Below, piece by piece: positions 1-13,543 of a DNA stretch of 64,000 bases. Position numbers and translations under genes: made by a program. The DNA comes from Camelus dromedarius (lineage: Eukaryota), in contig NC_087436.1 of NCBI RefSeq assembly GCF_036321535.1, forward strand, positions 24,182,001-24,246,000, given 5' to 3'. Positions within the stretch are counted from its first letter, which is position 1; each line of letters opens with the position of its first letter. The notes below the pieces were generated by a model, which worked only from the letters and a program-made list of their open reading frames with translations, did no database searches and had not been told where the DNA came from.

Positions 1-66
1 TGGGGGAGAAGGGTGAGATGAAAATTTTGATATAACTAAGGTAAGTCTAAGAAGCTAAACTGGGCC

Positions 67-180
67 GGGGGAGGGTATAGCTCAGCGGTAGAGGATACAC
101 TTAGCATGCACGAGGTCCTGGGTTCAATCCCCAGTGCCTCTGCTTTAAACAAACAAACAAACAAACAAACAACAAAACCT
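67..180 (+). mobile_element. tRNA-Ala-derived SINE (vic-1-like)
   Basis: GGGGGAGGGTATAGCTCAGCGGTAGAG (A box)...TTAGCATG...GGTTCAATCCCC (B box), then an (AAAC)n tail. Confidence 0.85.
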
Positions 181-757
181 AAACTCTCAAAAGTAAAGGA
201 TTTGGAAACTGTTGTGGGTTAAGATGGGTATGGACTCAAGGGTGGTAGAATAAGGCAATGGGAGGGACATTGAGACGCAACTATTTTAGTTTCAGTGATG
301 GTCCCACATAAACTTCTTACAGAATATCTGCCTTTGGATTTTAACATTCCAGACCATTTGGGCTGCTAATTCATACTAGACTTGAAATTATTTTAGTGGT
401 CAGCTCTAGAATTAGAATTAGAGAACAATCATTCAGAAGGATTTTATGCATCTGACTGGTTGGGGGTTGTTCACTTAGAAAGTTCTGCCCCAAAAGTATT
501 TTATAAAGCAAATGTTGCCTTTCTTATAAAAAGATGATGCAAATTCCCCTACAACATATTGGTCTGTGTTTTTCTTAAAGTTTTGTTTCTTTGTGAAAAC
601 CCAAAGCCACAGTTTTGAATTTAGAGCTTCACTTCTCATAATGTACATAAAGACAAATGGCTCCATCTAGACTGCTACCAAATTTTCACTTTTGCAAGTA
701 TCAGAATGCTTCCAAGCTTCAAGAAACAAAAACCCACCTCAGTACAGCTGAAGCAAT

Positions 758-2475
758 TTAATGCAATCCCTATCAAATTATTCATGTCATTTTTCACAGA
801 ACTAGAGCAAATAATCCTAAAATTTATATGGAATCACAAACGACCCAGAATTCCCAAAGCAATACTGAAGAAAAAGAATAAAGCTGGAGGAAAAACCCTC
901 CTAGACTTCAGACAATACTACAGAGCTACAGTAATCAAAACAGCATGGTATTGGCATAAAAATGGACATATGGATCAATGGAACAGAATAGAGAGCCCAG
1001 AAATAAACCCACACAACTATGGTCAATCTTCGACAAAGGAAGCAAGAATATATGATCGAGAAAAGACAGTCTCTTCAGCAAATGATGTTGGGAAAACTGG
1101 ACAGCAGCATATAAATCAATGAAGATAGAACACTCCCTCACACCATACACAAAAATAAACTCAAAATGGCTTAAAGACTTAAATATAAGACAAGATACAG
1201 TAAACTTCCTAGAAGAAAACATAGGCAAACATTACCTCACATAAATCTTAGCAATGTTCTCCTAGGGCAGTCTACCCAGGCAATAGAAATAAAAGCAAAA
1301 ATTAACAAACAGGACCTAATTAAACTTATAAGCATTTGCACAGCAAAGGAAACCATAAGTAAAACAAAACAAAAACCTACGGAATGGGAGAAAATATTTG
1401 CAAATGATGTTACTGACAAAGGTTTAATTTCCAGAATATACAAACATCTCATACAACTTAACAACAACAACAACAAATCCAATCCAAAAATGGCAGAAGA
1501 TCTAAACAAGCAATTCTCCAATAAAGACATACAAATGGCCAATAGGTACATGAAAAATGCTCAATATCACTAATTATCAGAGAAATGCAAATCAAAACTA
1601 CAATGAGGTATCACCCCACACCAGTCAGAATGGCCATCATTCAGAAGTTCACAAATGATAAATGCTGGAGAGGGTCTAGAGAAAAGGAAACTCTCCTACA
1701 CTGCTAGTGGGCATGTAGTTTGGTGCAGCCATTATGGAAAACAGTATGGACTCCTCAAAAAACTAAAAATAGACTTACCATGTGAGCCAGCAATCTCACT
1801 CCTTGGCATATATCCAAAGGGAACTCTAATTCAAAAAGATACATGCACCCCAGTGTTCACAGCAGCACCATTTACAATAGCGAAGACATGAAAGCAACCT
1901 AAATGTCCATCAACAGATGACTGGATAAAGAAGAAGTGGTATATTTATACAATGGAATACTACTCAGTGATTAAAAAAGAATAAAATAATGCCATTTGCA
2001 GCAACATGGATGGACCAGGAGATCATCATTGTAAGTAAAGTAAGCCAGAAAGAGAAAGAAAAATATCATATAGTATCACTCATATGTGGAATCTAAAAAA
2101 AGAAAAGAAAAGAAAAAAAGAGGACACTAATGAACTCATCTACAAAACAGAAACAGACTCACAGACATAGTAAACAATCTATGGTTACTGGGGGAAGAGG
2201 AGTGGGAAGGGATAAATTTAGGAGTTTGAGATTTGCAAAGGTTAACCACTATATATAAAAACAGATGAAAAACAAATTTCTTCTGTATAGCACAGGGAAC
2301 TATATTCAATATCTTATAGTAACATTTAATGAAAAATAATATGAAAATGAATATATGTATACATATGCATGACTAGGACACTATGCTGTACACCAGAAAT
2401 TGACACAATGTAAGTGACTATATGTCAATTTAAAAAAAAAAATATATATATATATAGATAGATAGATAGATAGAT
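758..2475 (+). mobile_element. 5'-truncated L1 (ORF2 C-terminus + 3' UTR)
   Basis: FNAIPIKL...KTAWYWHKN...[10 protein letters not shown] with frameshifts. Tail is A(n)(TA)n(GATA)n. 12-bp TSD AGCTGAAGCAAT at 746-757 and 2476-2487. Confidence 0.95.
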
Positions 2476-2984
2476 AGCTGAAGCAATAAAGATTTACTAT
2501 CTCACATAACAAGAAGTGTTGAGTAACTCTTGAGGTGGTTAATTCTAACCAACTTGCTTTCTATCTTTCTGCTTTGCAATTCTTAGAATGCCAGGTTTGC
2601 CCCAGGGGGCTAACTCACCTCACAGTAACAATATAGCTGTCACAGCTCCAAACATCACAGCCAGATTAAGCAGCATAAGTGGGTGAAAAAGAAAGTCTCT
2701 GGTGTGGTCTCTACCATGGAGGAAACCTAGACCAATCACTTGCAAGGGCCACGGGGGCACCACGATTATCTGAGGGAAGCATACGGCTGGGTGGAGAAGG
2801 TGGGGCGGCCTAAACAAAGCTGGGATTCTCCCAGCAAGGAAAAAAGGAGAAACAAGAGTTGGGCTGACCACCCACAGTGTCTGCCTTTTCTGCATCACAG
2901 GTTTTGTTTTATTTTCTTTAGAGAAGAAAGGAGATTAGTTTTTTCAAATAAACAAAAGGATTTTCTAATTAAAAAAATCAACTC

Positions 2985-3090
2985 GTGAATATATGTATGT
3001 TTATGTATAACTGAAAAATTGTGCTCTACGCTGGAATTTGACACAACATTGTAAAATGACTATAACTCAATAAAAAAATGTTAAAAAAAG
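2985..3090 (+). mobile_element. About 105-bp L1 3' tip
   Basis: Matches the 3' end of the L1 at 11310-11400; TSD AATCAACTC at 2976-2984 and 3091-3099. Confidence 0.85.
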
Positions 3091-5998
3091 AATCAACTCA
3101 GAGAATTCTCCAGCGGCTGGGGAGAGAGGTTTTACACAAATACATTTGGATTTTAATGTTTTAAATGTTTTAGGTTATTCCTTTCTTTCTTATAGCCATG
3201 TGACATAGATACTGCTATCACCCCATTTTAGAGAAGGGAAAACAGAGACATAGAGATGTTCAGTAACTTGACTTGCAGTTAAGGAACCTGGTTCCAGAAA
3301 CGAGAAAGTGGCAGAGGCAAAACATGAAGCCAGGAGGCTGGGTTCCAGACTGCTCTCCTAACCACAGCTCTGAGAGTCCCTCTCTCCCGCCCTTCACTTC
3401 TTCATGCTCTCTACAGAGTAAAGTGACTATTAATATCCTTAGTCTTCCTTTCCCTTGAACATTTGCTTAACCAACCAGTTAACTGATCTCCCAGACCCCA
3501 GTCTCTCGTTAGTCCAATCCATGCGATACCCAGACCAACTTCCTATAATTTTACAAACATCACCGTCCACCCTAGTCCAGAACTTCCACACCCTCTGCCT
3601 GGATTCCAGCCGTAGCTTCTCCACACCGTCTTTTTTTCTCACCCATGACCACTGCCACCTGAAGCTCCCTCAGTGATGAGTTTTCACCATTCCTGCCTCT
3701 CCGTGGCCACACTGGGGAGGGTCACGTGGTAGGAAGGACCAGGACTCTGGAGTCAGACTGGTTTTTATCAGCTCTGCCACTGTCTCCAGGATGGTGGGCT
3801 TAAGACTGCTCTCTAGCAAATGTGGATACTGGGATGTAAAGCTTGAGAGTTTGCAAGCCCTCCCCCCTCCCTCTTCCTTCATCTCTAGCTGCTCTCTCTT
3901 CTTCCTGTCTTTAGAAATGCCAGGCTCGCTCCCTCCTGCTCCCCTCTCAGACTTGGGCCTTTCTCCCTGGCTCCCTCCCTCACCTCCTTCAAGTCTTCAC
4001 TGAACTGCCTTTTGTTGGGCTATACCTCACAGGCCTACAAGGCCTGTACTCGCACAGCTTCAAGACTGAAGAAAGAGCCCCGGTCAGCGACAGAGAGATC
4101 CATGGTTTCATGGAGGGGAACTTACACATCTGAAGCAAGGTCCCGGAGCGACTCCCCACATTGTGCAGAGTGGACGACAGGCAGGACATGGCAGCCGGCT
4201 TCACTCTGATCCCGGGGACAAGGGGAGGTCAGCAGTTAAAAGGGAATGGACTGCAGGTGGGTTTGTTTGCTACTAAGGAAACCAGCAGAGGGCACGCCCT
4301 GCACCGCCCCTTTGATAAGAACAATCACCAGCTGGGAACTTCGGCAAGTATGTCATGTGTGAAGGGCACAGGTGGAGCGGGCACTGGTCGAGCAGGGGAT
4401 GGACCGAGAGCAGAGAGCAGCCACCTTGAGTGGCCCGACCATACACCTTCCTTGACTATCCACTTAAATTGCAACACTTTACCCTCCTTTCTTTTTCTCC
4501 AGACCACTTGTCACCTTCTAACTTTCTATGTAATTTCATTATCCGTGATATTGTTCATTGACTTTCTCCTCCCTCTAGACTGTGAGTTCCAGGTAGGCAT
4601 GGATTTCGGTCTGTCCCATTCACTGATGGAACCTTAACATCTGACACACAAGAAGAAGCCCTCAACAAATGGAATGGATGGATGGATTAATGGGAGTCGG
4701 CAGACTGTAACGGTGAAGAGAGCTTTGGTAATCATCTTGGATTGACATCTCAGCTCTGCCATTTCCCAACTACGTGACATCACTTCTTTATGCTTCAGTT
4801 CCCGTATTTGTAAATTGAAACTGATAATGATACCTAAAAAAAAAAAAAAAAAAACGAGAGAGAGACAGATGGAGTGCTTGACCCATGGAGCAGGCTCTTT
4901 AACTGGGTCCCTTCTGCTTTGGAATGCCACCTTTCTAGGTGTAGCCAAAGCCAGTCTCCTTGCAAGAAGTCCCCAGTGAAGATACCTTGCCCCAGGGCTC
5001 ACTGGCCCTTCTCTGCACCCATGGGCGTCCACAGGCCATGCTAGGCTCTATACTGTATTCTCAAATGTTTAATGAGTGAAACATCTTGCTGGCCTCCCCC
5101 TTAGATGACCGGCTTTGGGGGGCAGCAAATTTCTGGATGCAATGCAAAGCATTTGCCAAGTATCTGATGTAAGAATGACTGAGCTAGAGTGTCTTTTTCA
5201 AAAAATCACCTTCTCAGTTTGCTCATTCATTCAACACGCATCTCTTACCATCTAGCAGTCACTATTGTAGGCCATCAACAAATCAGCAGTGAACACAAAG
5301 TCCCTGCCTTTTGGAGCTTACATTTTCATGAGGACACTGACCATAAACCAGGGAAAGGCTCTAAGTGACATGGAACAAGGAGGGGGTGGGGGAGGAGTGT
5401 CAGGAGTGGAGTGAGGGGAGGCAAGATTGGGGTCTGGGCAAAGTGTCCAGGCCAGGAGGGCGGCAAGAGCGCACTCCGAGTGGGAGGTCTGTGGAGGGTG
5501 TGAGAGCAGGGGGCAGCCAGGGCGGCAGCCAGCAGAAAGAACCAGGGGCTGTGCTCAGAGGGCGAGCCGGGACCCAGTTCTACAGGGGCCCCCAAAGCCG
5601 TTTTAAAGACTTGATTTTTAACTCTGTGTGCGATGGGAAATCAGCCGATGATGTAAAATACTTTGGTGTGTTTTTAAAAACGAACCAGCTTTATTCAACT
5701 TCGTTTCCTGAAGGTTCCAAAATATGATTTTGAAACTGTCATTGCTGTTGGCCCTTCCATTGGAGGGCTCTGAAGAGAAGAGTGAAAAAAACCTGCCTTA
5801 CTTGTGTAACAGGCTTACTCTGACTGTTCACAGAGTGGAGAATGGACGGGAGTGAGGGGGCCAGGGACCCAGGGAGAAGCAGGAGGAACCAGATGATGGG
5901 GCAGTGAGGTGGGGACGGAAGGTGGGAGGAGTGGTTGAATTTTGGATCTGCCATAAAGGCAGAGAAAATAGAATTTGCTGAGATGTGGGGTTAGGGAT

Positions 5999-6487
5999 TG
6001 TAAGATGTCGGTTTTATCATTACTTAGGTATGGTAAGGCCAACAAATCAGTGCCATTGAGAAGACAGCTCATCACTCACAGTTCCCCAGTTCCCCAGGGC
6101 GTGGAGGGTGGGGCACCAAGCCACAGGGGCTGCACAGGGATGTGCCAGGGTCAGTCTGGAGGCAGAGGAAGCAGGGGAAAACATGGGCCAGAGTCTTACT
6201 GTGTGGTTTCCAGGGGAAAGAACAGGCAAGGCAGGTTTAGGATTGGCTAGTTTGACAATTTCAAGAGGCTCTGGGGTGTAGGGGCTGCCTCTGTTGTCTG
6301 GCCCCTGACCCTCGGGTGACAGAGGCCTGGAGCATCAGGCCGCTAAAAGAAGCTGGTTGGGGAGGGCTCTGGATGGGTTGCTTTGCATATGAAAGGCCCG
6401 AGTTGTTTCTTTCTGTAGGAATTGAGGACCCAGGGTCACTGCGGCCCCAGATACCGAAGTAGCAGAAGAGAAAGACATGTTAATTCA
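5999..6487. mobile_element. Old ERV LTR (MER76/77-like) within L2 remnants
   Basis: TG...CA bounded; GGTAAGGCCAACA...ACTCACAGTTCCC...GGATTGGCTAGTTTG motifs typical of this LTR group. Confidence 0.6.
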
Positions 6488-7494
6488 TTGGAAGTAAGGA
6501 GCCAAGGATGACTCTGATTTTTGGTCTAAACAACTAGGAGAATAGAATAATCACTCGTGAAACAAACTCTGTCGCTGCTGCCGATAGTGACGGTCTCACC
6601 CTGAATCACCTGCACTCTCCCCGTTTCACTTCTGTTTCCAAACCAACCCATTAATTTCTGCGTGTTCCAGCTCCCTCTTGTGGTGAAGATTTACTCTCAT
6701 ACCATTTCTGATATGAAGCTATAGAACAAAAAGAACTTTAGCAAAAGGATGGTTTAATATATTTTTAAAACAAACATGAGAACTGGGCTCATGTTTACTC
6801 CTATCGTCAGGTTGAACTTTGGGTAAGAAAATAAAGACAGAATTTCCAGGACTTTTTTATTTTTCAAATAAGCCCAAATTTCAAAAGGGCTAATAGTGAT
6901 TTTGGAGCCTGCAATAAACTAAGTTGAACAAAGCTTGTTTTTCTCTTAAAAACAAACAAAAAGAGCATTTTTAAAGGCCATGTAGCTCTTTAAAAGCATC
7001 ATTTTCTGTAAAATGTGGGTTATGAGTTCATTTGTCCTAAATCAATCTTAATCTTGTACTTCCCTTACTTTTTTTATTATTATTTTAAAATGAGTCATCC
7101 ATAGTGTGGTGAAAGGGTCACGGGTCACCAGGGAAATCATCTTCTAGTTAACCACGTACACAAACTATACAGGGGTAAATGGAAGTGCGTAGATATCTTT
7201 GTTGACAGCCAGCTTCCTGAGTTTCTTCTAGAAGATTCTAGAATCTGGCTCCTAGCTGGGGCAGAGGAATATAGTTTCTCCGAAACAAGGAAATCTTAAG
7301 TAACTAGAAGTAAAAGAATCATATTCAAGCTTGCCATATGAGGAGATATACACTGCGGGGAGTATGAGTGTTCATCCTGTAACTACTGAAATTGGTCCCT
7401 AAAAGGAAAATAATTTATCCCAACAGAACTGAGATATTAGAGAAATTTCTCAAAATTTTGTTATATAATAGAGCCACTCAAAATTTAGCACTCT

Positions 7495-7775
7495 ATTACC
7501 ATGTGATCCAGCAATCCCACCCAGGCATATATCCAGAGGAAACTCTAATTTGAAAAGACACATGCACCCCAATGTTCACAGCAGCACCATTTACAATAGC
7601 CAAGACATGGAAGTAACCTAAGTGTCCATCGACAGATGACTGGATAAAGAAGATGTGGTGTGTGTGTGTGTTTATATATATATATATATATATATATAAT
7701 CACTTTGCTATACACCAGAAACTACCACAAGGTTACAAATCAACTACACTTCAATTTAAGGGAAAAAAAGGAAGC
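7495..7775 (+). mobile_element. Internally deleted short L1 fragment
   Basis: ORF2-end sequence joined through (TG)n(TA)n to an L1 3' terminus; TSD AAATWTAGCACTCT at 7481-7494 and 7776-7789. Confidence 0.85.
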
Positions 7776-8127
7776 AAATATAGCACTCTGCCTGTGTGTT
7801 TGTGTGCTTATGTATGTGTGTGTGTCTGTGTGTATAGGAGTACCACTTACCTAGGTAAGACTTACAGCACCCATAGCTATGTGGGACACAGCCAGAAACC
7901 TGAAAGCAAGTGACTTCTGAGCAGCCAACAGCTATTTCAAAGTTCATGCACTTTGCTCTGCAGAATTACCTTGATACAGACACTGTGGAACACCAGATTC
8001 CAGCCTCAGAGCCTCTGACCTGAGAGCCAGCGAGAGAGGGAAGGAGGAAGTAGCAGAAAAATGAAACTGGTTTTCTAAAAATCTCTCTTCCAGTTTTTAA
8101 GCACTATGGCTTAAAGTCTAGGCGTTT

Positions 8128-11100
8128 GACACAACCACACAAAATCTATGGGACACAGCAAAGGCAGTGCTAAGAGGGAAGTTTATAGCGATACAGGCCT
8201 TCCTCAAAAAAGAAGAACAATCTCAAATAAACAATCTAACCCACTAGCTAAAAGAATTAGAAAAAGAAGAGCAAAAACACCCAAAAGTCAGCAGAAGGAA
8301 GGAAATAATAAAGATTAGGGAGGGAATAAATAAAATAGAGATTAAAAAAAAAACAATAGAAAAATCAATCAAACCAAAAGCTGGATTTTTGAAAGAGTAA
8401 ATAAAATCGACAAACCTCTGGCCAAACTCACAAAGAAGAAAAAAGAGAGAGCACAAATAAGTAAAATAAGAAAGGAAAATGGAGAAATTACAACCAATAA
8501 CATAGGAATACAGAATATTATACGAGAATATTATGAAAAACTACACGGAACCAAAATGGATAACCTAGAGGAGATGGAGAAGTTTCTGAAACATACAGTC
8601 CACCAAGACTGAATCAAGAAGAAACTGACCACTTGAACAAACCAATCACTAGAAATGAAATCGAAATAGCAATAAAAAACCTCCCCACAAATAAAAGTCC
8701 GGGACTGGATGGCTTCCCCAGGGAATTCTACCAACCATACAAAGAAGAACTCATGCCAGTCCTTCTCAAACTCTTCCAGAAGATTGAAAAAGAGGGAATA
8801 CTCCCAAACTCATTCTATGAAGCCACCATCACCCTGATAACAAAACCAGGCAAAGACACCACCAAAAAAAGAGAATTACAGACCAGTATCACTGATGAAC
8901 ATAGATGCAAAAATCCTTACCAAAATATTAGCAAATAGAATCCAACAGCACATAAAAAAGATTATACATCATGATCAAGTGGGGTTCATCCCAGGGACAC
9001 AAGGATGTTTCAACATATGCAAATCAATCAATGTAATACATCACATCAACAAGAGAAAGGACAAAAACCACGTGATCATCTCAGTAGATGCAGAAAAAGC
9101 TTTTGATAAAATTCAACACCCATTTATGATAAAAACTCTCACCAAAGTGGGTATAAAGGGAACGTATCTCAACATCATAAAAGCTATATATGGCAAACCT
9201 ACAGCCAGCATAGTACTCAACAGTGAAAAACTCAAAAGCTTCCCACTAAAATCTGGGACAAAACAAGGCTGCCCACTATCACCACTCCTATTCAACATAG
9301 TCTTGGAAGTCCTAGTCACAGCAATCAGGCAAGAGAGAGAAATAAAAGGAATCCAAATTGGAAAAGAAGAGGTAAAAGTGTCACTATATGCCAATGACAT
9401 GTTACTATATATAGAAAACCCAGAAAGGTCCACACAAAAACTACTAGAGCTGATTGAAGAATTCAGCAAGGTAGCAGGTTACAAGATTAACATTCAAAAA
9501 TCAGTTGCATTTCTTTACACTAACAATGAATCAACAGAAAAAGAAAGTAAAGAAACAATCCCCCTTAAAATAGCACCCAAAGTAATAAAATATCTAGAAA
9601 TAAATCTAACCAAGGAGGTGAAAGAATTATACACAGAAAACTATAAACTATTGATGAAGGAAATTAAAGAAGACTTTAAAAAATGGAAAGATATCCCATG
9701 CTCCTGGATTGGAAGAATCAATAGTGTTAAAATGGTCACACTGCCCAAGGCAATCTACAGATTTAATGCAATCCCTATCAAATTACCGAGGACATACTTC
9801 ACAGAACTAGAACAAATCATAATAAAATTTATATGGAACCACAAAAGACCTAGAATTGCCAAAGCATTACTGAAGAAAAAGAAAGAGGCTGGAGAAATAA
9901 CTCTCCCAGACTTCAGACAATACTACAGAGCTACAGTCATCAAGACAGCATGGTACTGGTACAAAAACAGACATATAGACCAATGGAACAGAATAGAGAG
10001 CCCAGAAATGAACCCACAAACTTTTGGTCAACTAATCTTCGACAAAGGAGGCAAGAATATACAGTGGAATAAAGACAGTCTCTTCAGCAAATGGTGTTGC
10101 GAAAACTGGAGAGCAGCATGTAAATCAATGAAGCTAGAACACTCCCTTACACCATACACAAAAATAAACTCAAAATGGATCAAACACTTGAACATGAGAC
10201 AAGGTACAATAAACCTTCTAGAAGAAAATATAGGCAAAACATTATCTGACATACATCTCAAAAATGTTCTCCTAGGGCAGTCTACCCAACCAATAGAAAT
10301 AAAAGCAAGAATAAATAAATGGGACCTAATTAAACTTACAAGCTTCTGCGCAGCAAAGGAAACCATAAGTAAAACAAAAAGACAACCTACGGAATGGGAG
10401 AAAATTTTTGCAAATGAAACTGACAAAGGCTTGATCTCCAGAATATATAAGCAGCTCATATGACTTATTAAGAAAGAAACAAACAACCCAATCCAAAAAT
10501 GGGCAGAAGACCTAAACAAGAAATTCTCCAAGGAAGAAATACAAAAGATCAATACGCACATGAAAAAATGCACAGTATCACTAATTATCAGAGAAATGCA
10601 AATCAAAACTACCATGAGGTATCACCTCACACCAGTCAGAATGGCCATCATTCAAAAGTCCACAAATGACAAATGCTGGAGAGGCTGTGGAGAAAAGGGA
10701 ACCCTCCTACACTGCTAGTGGGAATGCAGTTTGGTGCAGCCACTGTGGAAAATAGTATGGAGATTCCTCAAAAGACTAGGAATAGACTTACCATGTGACC
10801 CAGGAATCCCGCTCCTGGGCATATATCTAGAAGGAACCCTACTTCAAAATGACACCTGCACCCCAATGTTCATAGCAGCACTATTTACAATAGCCAAGAC
10901 ATGGAAACAGCCTAAATGTCCATCAACAGATGACTGGATAAAGAAGAGGTGGTATATTTATACAATGGAATACTATTCAGCCATAAAAACAACAACATAA
11001 TGCCATTTGCAGCAACATGGATGTTCCTGGAGAATGTCATTCTAAGTGAAGTAAGCCAGAAAGAGAAAGAAAAATACCATATGAGATCGCTCATATGTGG

Positions 11101-11441
11101 AATCTAAAAAAACAAAAAACGAACAAATAGAAACAGAAACACTCATAGACATAGAATACAAACTTGTGGTTGCCAAGGGGGAGGGGGGTGGGAAGGGACA
11201 GACTGGGATTTCAAAATGTAGAATAGATAAACAAGATTGTACTGTGTAGCACAGGGAAATATATACAGGATCTTGTGGTGGCTCACAGCGAAAGGGAATG
11301 TGACAATGAATGTCTGCATGTCCATGTATAACTGAAAAATTATGCTCTACACTGGAATTTGACACAGCATTGTAAAATTACTATAACTCAATTTTTAAAA
11401 AGTTAAAATAATAATAATAAAAGAAAAAAATTTAAAAAATA
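8128..11441 (+). mobile_element. Young 5'-truncated L1, 3.3 kb, with RT-domain ORF 8895-10463
   Basis: ORF2 RT motifs ([33 protein letters not shown]). Frameshift about 8865, TGA at 10461. 3' UTR and poly(A). 16-bp TSD TAAAGTCTAGGYGTTT at 8112-8127 and 11442-11457. Confidence 0.97.
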
Positions 11442-12105
11442 TAAAGTCTAGGTGTTTTAGCAATTTCTGATGACGTTCTCAGCTGGTGAGTCTCTGACCT
11501 CAGTGGGCAGAATCACTGGGAAATTTGTTACCCATGCAGATCCCTGGACCCTGCTGCCAGAGACTCTGCATGTGGATCAAGTGCCCTGGGCAGAACATAG
11601 AAACCTGACATTTCTGATTTGCAGTGCAGTCCAGTAAGTGATGCTCAGGGTGATATTCCTGAGTAATGAAGAAAAGATAAAACTAAGTGTAATGTAGTCT
11701 GCCTAATGATAATGGTAATTGTTGTCAGAACCAGAGGCTATCCCCCAAGAACTCAAAAATCACTCTCTGGGAGCTGTTTTAAGATCAGAGAAGAGATACC
11801 TAAAGTCATCAGAAAGAAAAAAATGGCGCTCAAACCAGCAGGACTTGATTCAATTAAAAAAAAATCTTTAAAAACAATCAGGATGTTTCGAATTTTCTTC
11901 AGATTCCAATACAGGAGGTGGGGGAAGTGGATGAGGATGTAGATAAAACCAGACTGACTGATCACGTGTGGAAAATGATTGCAACTAGGCGAGGGGTACA
12001 TGGGGGTTCGTTATCTTCTATTGTATATTTTTCTCTTTCAGAATCTCTAAAATAAAAAATTTAAGAAAAAAATTTTAAAGAGAATGTTATTTACTATAAA
12101 CATAC

Positions 12106-12608
12106 TGTCAAGGAGGAAGAAAATTTCTTCTATCCTTCTAGGTTCTTCTGGCTGGTCTAAGAATTACATTGACATGAGACAGAGTAACAGGAAAGAATCA
12201 ATCAAACAAATTTAATAATGTGATGCGTGGGAGAGACTGAGTAACTCACCAAAATGGCTAAAATACCATCCTCAGTTGAAGACAAAAGAGGAGGTTGAGG
12301 GTGGGGAGAGTCAGTTATGAGAGTTTACCATGAAAAACACATTAAAAAGGATAAGGTTCTCACACAGATTTAAGTCATTGTCTTCTCCACTCATGAGAGT
12401 TTCTAGAGTTGGTCATTTTCCTCGTTCCTGGTCCCGCCAGGGAGACACCCTTACAAATGGAGGTTTCTCTTATATATGCAAGTGTTTCTTACAGAAGGGT
12501 AACTCCTACTTGGTTGTCAGAGTTTTTCCCATGTCTGCTTTCTTAGAAAACAACCAACTTAATGACTAAGAGACATATTTGGGGGTTACAAATTTCTCTT
12601 CCCCCATA
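12106..12608 (-). mobile_element. ERV1-class solo LTR
   Basis: TG start, degenerate CA end, 4-bp ATAC TSD (12102-12105 / 12609-12612). Confidence 0.65.
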
Positions 12609-13408
12609 ATACCAAAAAAAAAAACCAAAAAAAAAAAACCCACAAGCGTTACAGAGGCAAACACATTGCCTGTCCTAATTCTGTCCAAGTAACTGCCTTC
12701 CTTGAATTTCCTGGGCACACTGGCAAACTAATCCCGACTGTGAAATGGATCTATCAGACAGCATTAAGCCTTCCGCGTGAGGAAGTGAAAACTCCCCTTG
12801 TTCTTATTCCTTGCTCACCAAACCATCATCCTCTGATTGTTGATCTGCCTTCAGGGAGAAATTCTTCTGATACTGCTAGCACGGCCCTTCAAAGTATGTG
12901 ACAGTCATAGTCTCCATTATCTGTCACTAAACTGGGATTCTGGTTTTGATTCTGGCCTGGTAAGTGTGGTTAATGAATCTGTCCTGAAAGGTGGAGCTAT
13001 GTATTATGTGCTGATAAAATATCCAGTATATGAGCCAGGAAAGACCAAGAAAGCCCTAAGCCAAGGCAAGTTTCTCAAGACAATGAATGTCTCCTGGTGT
13101 AACCCCTGGGAAGAAGCCAACCAAGTGAATAAACATCCCTCCCAGCTTGTGGTTGCTTTCCTTGATTAATTGAATGTTTACTATACACAGCAAGCATTGT
13201 ACTAGGTACTTTCCATACTAGGTACTTTCTGTCAGTTATTTCACTTAATTTTCACAGTAGAAAACACTGTGGTATGTAATTACACACACCTATGTACGTG
13301 ATATACCTACACTGAATACTCACTGCATATAACCTAGAACATGATATTCTCACTACACCACTGCATGAATATATATACATGTAATGATTATTAAGCATTG
13401 TTATTCTA

Positions 13409-13543
13409 TTTATTTTTTAATTAACTTTGTGGGGGAGGTAATTAGGTTTATTCATCTATTTATTTAATGGAGGTACTGGGGCTTGAACCAGGACCTCGTG
13501 CATGCTAGGCATGCAGTCTACCACCGAGCTGTACCCACCCCTC
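13409..13543 (-). mobile_element. tRNA-Ala-derived SINE (vic-1-like)
   Basis: Reverse-complement tRNA-like head plus tail; 15-bp TSD AGCATTGTTATTCTA at 13394-13408 and 13544-13558. Confidence 0.9.

Noticed and set aside
67..145. tRNA-Ala(AGC) genes at 67, 13470, 18120, 35040 and 35647
   Set aside because: They have an extended 5' G-run, disrupted stems, A-rich tails and mostly TSDs, so they are SINEs rather than tRNA genes.
4161..5727. ORFs of 120-158 codons at 4161, 4634 and 5365
   Set aside because: They overlap L2/MIR relics and GC-rich low-complexity sequence, with no recognisable domain or consistent exon chain.
1..8100. Expected neighbouring genes SETD7 (left) and NAA15 (right), from human synteny
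   Set aside because: I could not recognise coding exons of either gene; they are presumably outside the window.
10028..10615. Hydrophobic antisense ORFs (also 935-1228, 1237-1551, 9113-9469, 23898-24221, 47327-47602)
   Set aside because: These are antisense translations of A-rich L1 ORF2 sequence.
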